Assembly (NCBI GenBank): GCA_030695165.1
Contig: JAUYTH010000123.1
Coordinates: forward strand, 1-43,511
Direction of reading: 5' to 3'
DNA: 43,511 nt
Source of the DNA: Bacteroidales bacterium
GTDB taxonomy: Bacteria; Bacteroidota; Bacteroidia; Bacteroidales; UBA932
Of this stretch, positions 41,361 to 43,511 are shown piece by piece. Position numbers and translations under genes: made by a program. The notes beneath the pieces were generated by a model. It did not search any database and was not told the DNA's origin. It worked only from the letters and a program-made list of their open reading frames with translations. Within the stretch, counting starts at the first letter, position 1. Each line of letters starts with the position of its first letter.

Positions 41361-42145
41361 TGATACTAAAATCATTTCAGGTTGATGCATTTTCTGCGGG
41401 TGTCTTTACCGGAAACCCTGCTGTAGTAGTTATTCTGGAGGAGAAGCTAACGGACGACACTCTTATGAAAATTGCCAGAGAGAGCTTCGTTCCGGAGACA
41501 GCTTTTATTCTTGCACAAGGGGATAGCTTCTCTCTAAGGTGGTTTACACCTGACATTGAGATGGACCTTTGCGGCCACGCAACCCTGGCATCTGCCCACG
41601 TTCTCTTCTCTGAGCTAGGCTATGACAGGGATGAGATAATTTATAACACCCTCTCCGGAGATTTGAGAGTTAAAAGAGAGGGTGAGTTGTACTCTATGGA
41701 TTTCCCTCTCAGGGAGGGCGAGAGAGCGACTCTTCCTATTGAAATTTATGATAGTCTCAGCATAAAACCCGTTGAGGTATACAAAGCCAGAGACTATATG
41801 TTGGTTTACAATAAAAGGGTAGATATTGAGCATATAGAGATAGATCGACCGGTATTTGATGAGATTAATATGAATCCCGGCGGTGTGATTATCACTGCGC
41901 CGGGAGTCGATTGCGATTTTGTGTCGCGCTACTTTACCCCGCAGGCCACAATACTGGAAGATCCTGTTACAGGATCTGCACACTGCACACTCGCCCCATA
42001 CTGGAGCAAAAGACTCGGCAAAACATCACTCTATGCAAAACAGATATCTTCCAGGGGAGGGACTATTTATTGCACCGTAACCCCGGACAGGGTATTTATT
42101 AAGGGGAGTGCCGTAACCTACTCGGTTTCACAGTTGAATATTTAG
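41357..42145 (+). CDS. PhzF-family isomerase/epimerase
   Basis: [35 protein letters not shown]. Confidence 0.92.
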   Translation: MMILKSFQVDAFSAGVFTGNPAVVVILEEKLTDDTLMKIARESFVPETAFILAQGDSFSLRWFTPDIEMDLCGHATLASAHVLFSELGYDRDEIIYNTLSGDLRVKREGELYSMDFPLREGERATLPIEIYDSLSIKPVEVYKARDYMLVYNKRVDIEHIEIDRPVFDEINMNPGGVIITAPGVDCDFVSRYFTPQATILEDPVTGSAHCTLAPYWSKRLGKTSLYAKQISSRGGTIYCTVTPDRVFIKGSAVTYSVSQLNI

Positions 42146-42167
42146 CAAGCATATTAATACAGCAGGA

Positions 42168-43073
42168 ATGGATAATCTCATATTTAAAACGATAAAGTCC
42201 TATACAATAATGACAATAGGGCTTTTTGTATTTGTCTTCAGCTGGACGGCGTTCTTAATTCCGGAGCAGATAGCAGGCGGCGGGGTGAGCGGACTGGCTT
42301 CGGTAATTAATTATGCTACAGGCTTCAAGGTGGCATACTCCTATATCCTTATTAACGGAGTGCTGCTTCTGATTGGGGTTCTTATGATGGGTAAGGCATT
42401 TGGGATTAAAACTATCTACTGCATTATAGTTGCGGCAATTATGTTTGAGTTTTTACCGCTCATCCCGTGGGTTACAGATATTGAGGACAAATTGATTAAC
42501 GCTGTAATAGGTGGAACCCTAAGCGGTATCGGGATTGGGATGATATTTATGCAGGGTGGCAGCACAGGTGGTACAGATATAATAGCACTCATAATTGCTC
42601 AGTACAGGGAGACATCTCCTGGCAGGGTCTTTCTCTATTGCGACCTCATAATAGTGGGTTCGGTATTCTTTATTCCGGGAAAGGAGCTCTCCGATGTTAT
42701 CTACGGCTATATTGTAATGGTATCCTTCTCCTATGTGATAGATATGATTCTCTCGGGTAACAAACAGTCTGTTCAGGTTATGGTCTTCTCCTCAAAATAT
42801 GAGGAGATTGCGCAAAAGGTAAACAGCACGATGAACCGCGGGGTTACTGCACTCACATCTATGGGGTGGTACTCCAAAAGTGAGGGCAAGGTATTGGTTA
42901 TTATCCTCAGGAAGACACAACTGCCGCAAATCTCGGAGATTATTAAAGAGACAGACCGCAATGCCTTTATGAGTGTAACTGCGGTTACAAGCGTATACGG
43001 GCAGGGGTTTGACCAGATAAAAGGGGGAAAATTCAAATGGAGACCAGAACAAAATCAATCTTTACAGGGGTAA
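42168..43073 (+). CDS. YitT family membrane protein
   Basis: GGGVSGLA, GGSTGGTDII, RGVT, G.YS, VYGQGF. Confidence 0.9.
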   Translation: MDNLIFKTIKSYTIMTIGLFVFVFSWTAFLIPEQIAGGGVSGLASVINYATGFKVAYSYILINGVLLLIGVLMMGKAFGIKTIYCIIVAAIMFEFLPLIPWVTDIEDKLINAVIGGTLSGIGIGMIFMQGGSTGGTDIIALIIAQYRETSPGRVFLYCDLIIVGSVFFIPGKELSDVIYGYIVMVSFSYVIDMILSGNKQSVQVMVFSSKYEEIAQKVNSTMNRGVTALTSMGWYSKSEGKVLVIILRKTQLPQISEIIKETDRNAFMSVTAVTSVYGQGFDQIKGGKFKWRPEQNQSLQG

Positions 43074-43511
43074 AAGAGTACTCTCTTATTGCCCTGGGGC
43101 TGCTCATCTACTCACTTGGCTGGGTGGTCTTCCTTATTCCCAACGGCCTTGTCGGGGGCGGAGTTACGGGGATATCTGCAATAATCTACTATATGAGCGG
43201 CTTCCCGGTAAGTTACTCTTATCTTATAATCAACACAGTGCTTCTTGTACTGGCAGTAAAAATTTTAGGCAAACAGTTCGGAATCAAAACTGTCTATGCG
43301 GTTGCTGTGGTCTCCCTTTTCCTGAAATTCTTACCCGGAGTTATTCCGCCGGAGCTAATTGATGATATTGCAATAGGCAACGGCAAACTGCTCTCTGCAA
43401 TAATAGGGGGTGCCTGTGCGGGTGCGGGAATTGCCATCACATTCACTCAGGGCGGAAGCTCCGGCGGGACAGATATAGTTGCACTCATAATAAATAAATA
43501 TAGGAACATAT
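43037..43511 (+). CDS. second YitT family protein (3'-truncated by window)
   Basis: Manually read frame: METRTKSIFTGVKEYSLIALG..FLIPNGLVGGGVTGIS..GGSSGGTDIVALII. Confidence 0.88.
   Translation, partial: METRTKSIFTGVKEYSLIALGLLIYSLGWVVFLIPNGLVGGGVTGISAIIYYMSGFPVSYSYLIINTVLLVLAVKILGKQFGIKTVYAVAVVSLFLKFLPGVIPPELIDDIAIGNGKLLSAIIGGACAGAGIAITFTQGGSSGGTDIVALIINKYRNI

Noticed and set aside
1-43511. CRISPR array, IS element, prophage or defence system
   Set aside because: No regularly spaced repeats, transposase, phage or nuclease-like ORFs were recognised.

Overview
Chromosomal window from an anaerobic Bacteroidales-type bacterium, judged from TAnnTTTG promoters, mostly Shine-Dalgarno-free starts, FISUMP lipoproteins and Bacteroidales-like RecX/HU-domain proteins. 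Most of it is housekeeping: adk, metG, dnaG, trpS, recA, rlmN, a Ca-type P-ATPase, recX, prfB (+1 programmed frameshift, missed by the ORF track), class I fumarase, LemA-TPM-TPM, apbE, phoH, gcvT, leuS and tandem YitT genes. The clearest accessory region is an AT-rich block (~2273-7770) downstream of tRNA-Asn(GTT). It carries an unusual purK-[secreted PepSY-like]-[DUF2490-like barrel]-purE-[OFA-like MFS] operon, a FISUMP gene and att-like repeats, but no integrase. Other oddities are an M28 peptidase-TonB_C fusion, a membrane-anchored HU-like protein, a Tat-exported D-aminoacylase next to apbE, and a P-ATPase with extra transmembrane segments. No CRISPR array, IS element, prophage or reverse transcriptase was seen. 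All family calls come from motif recognition, not database searches.
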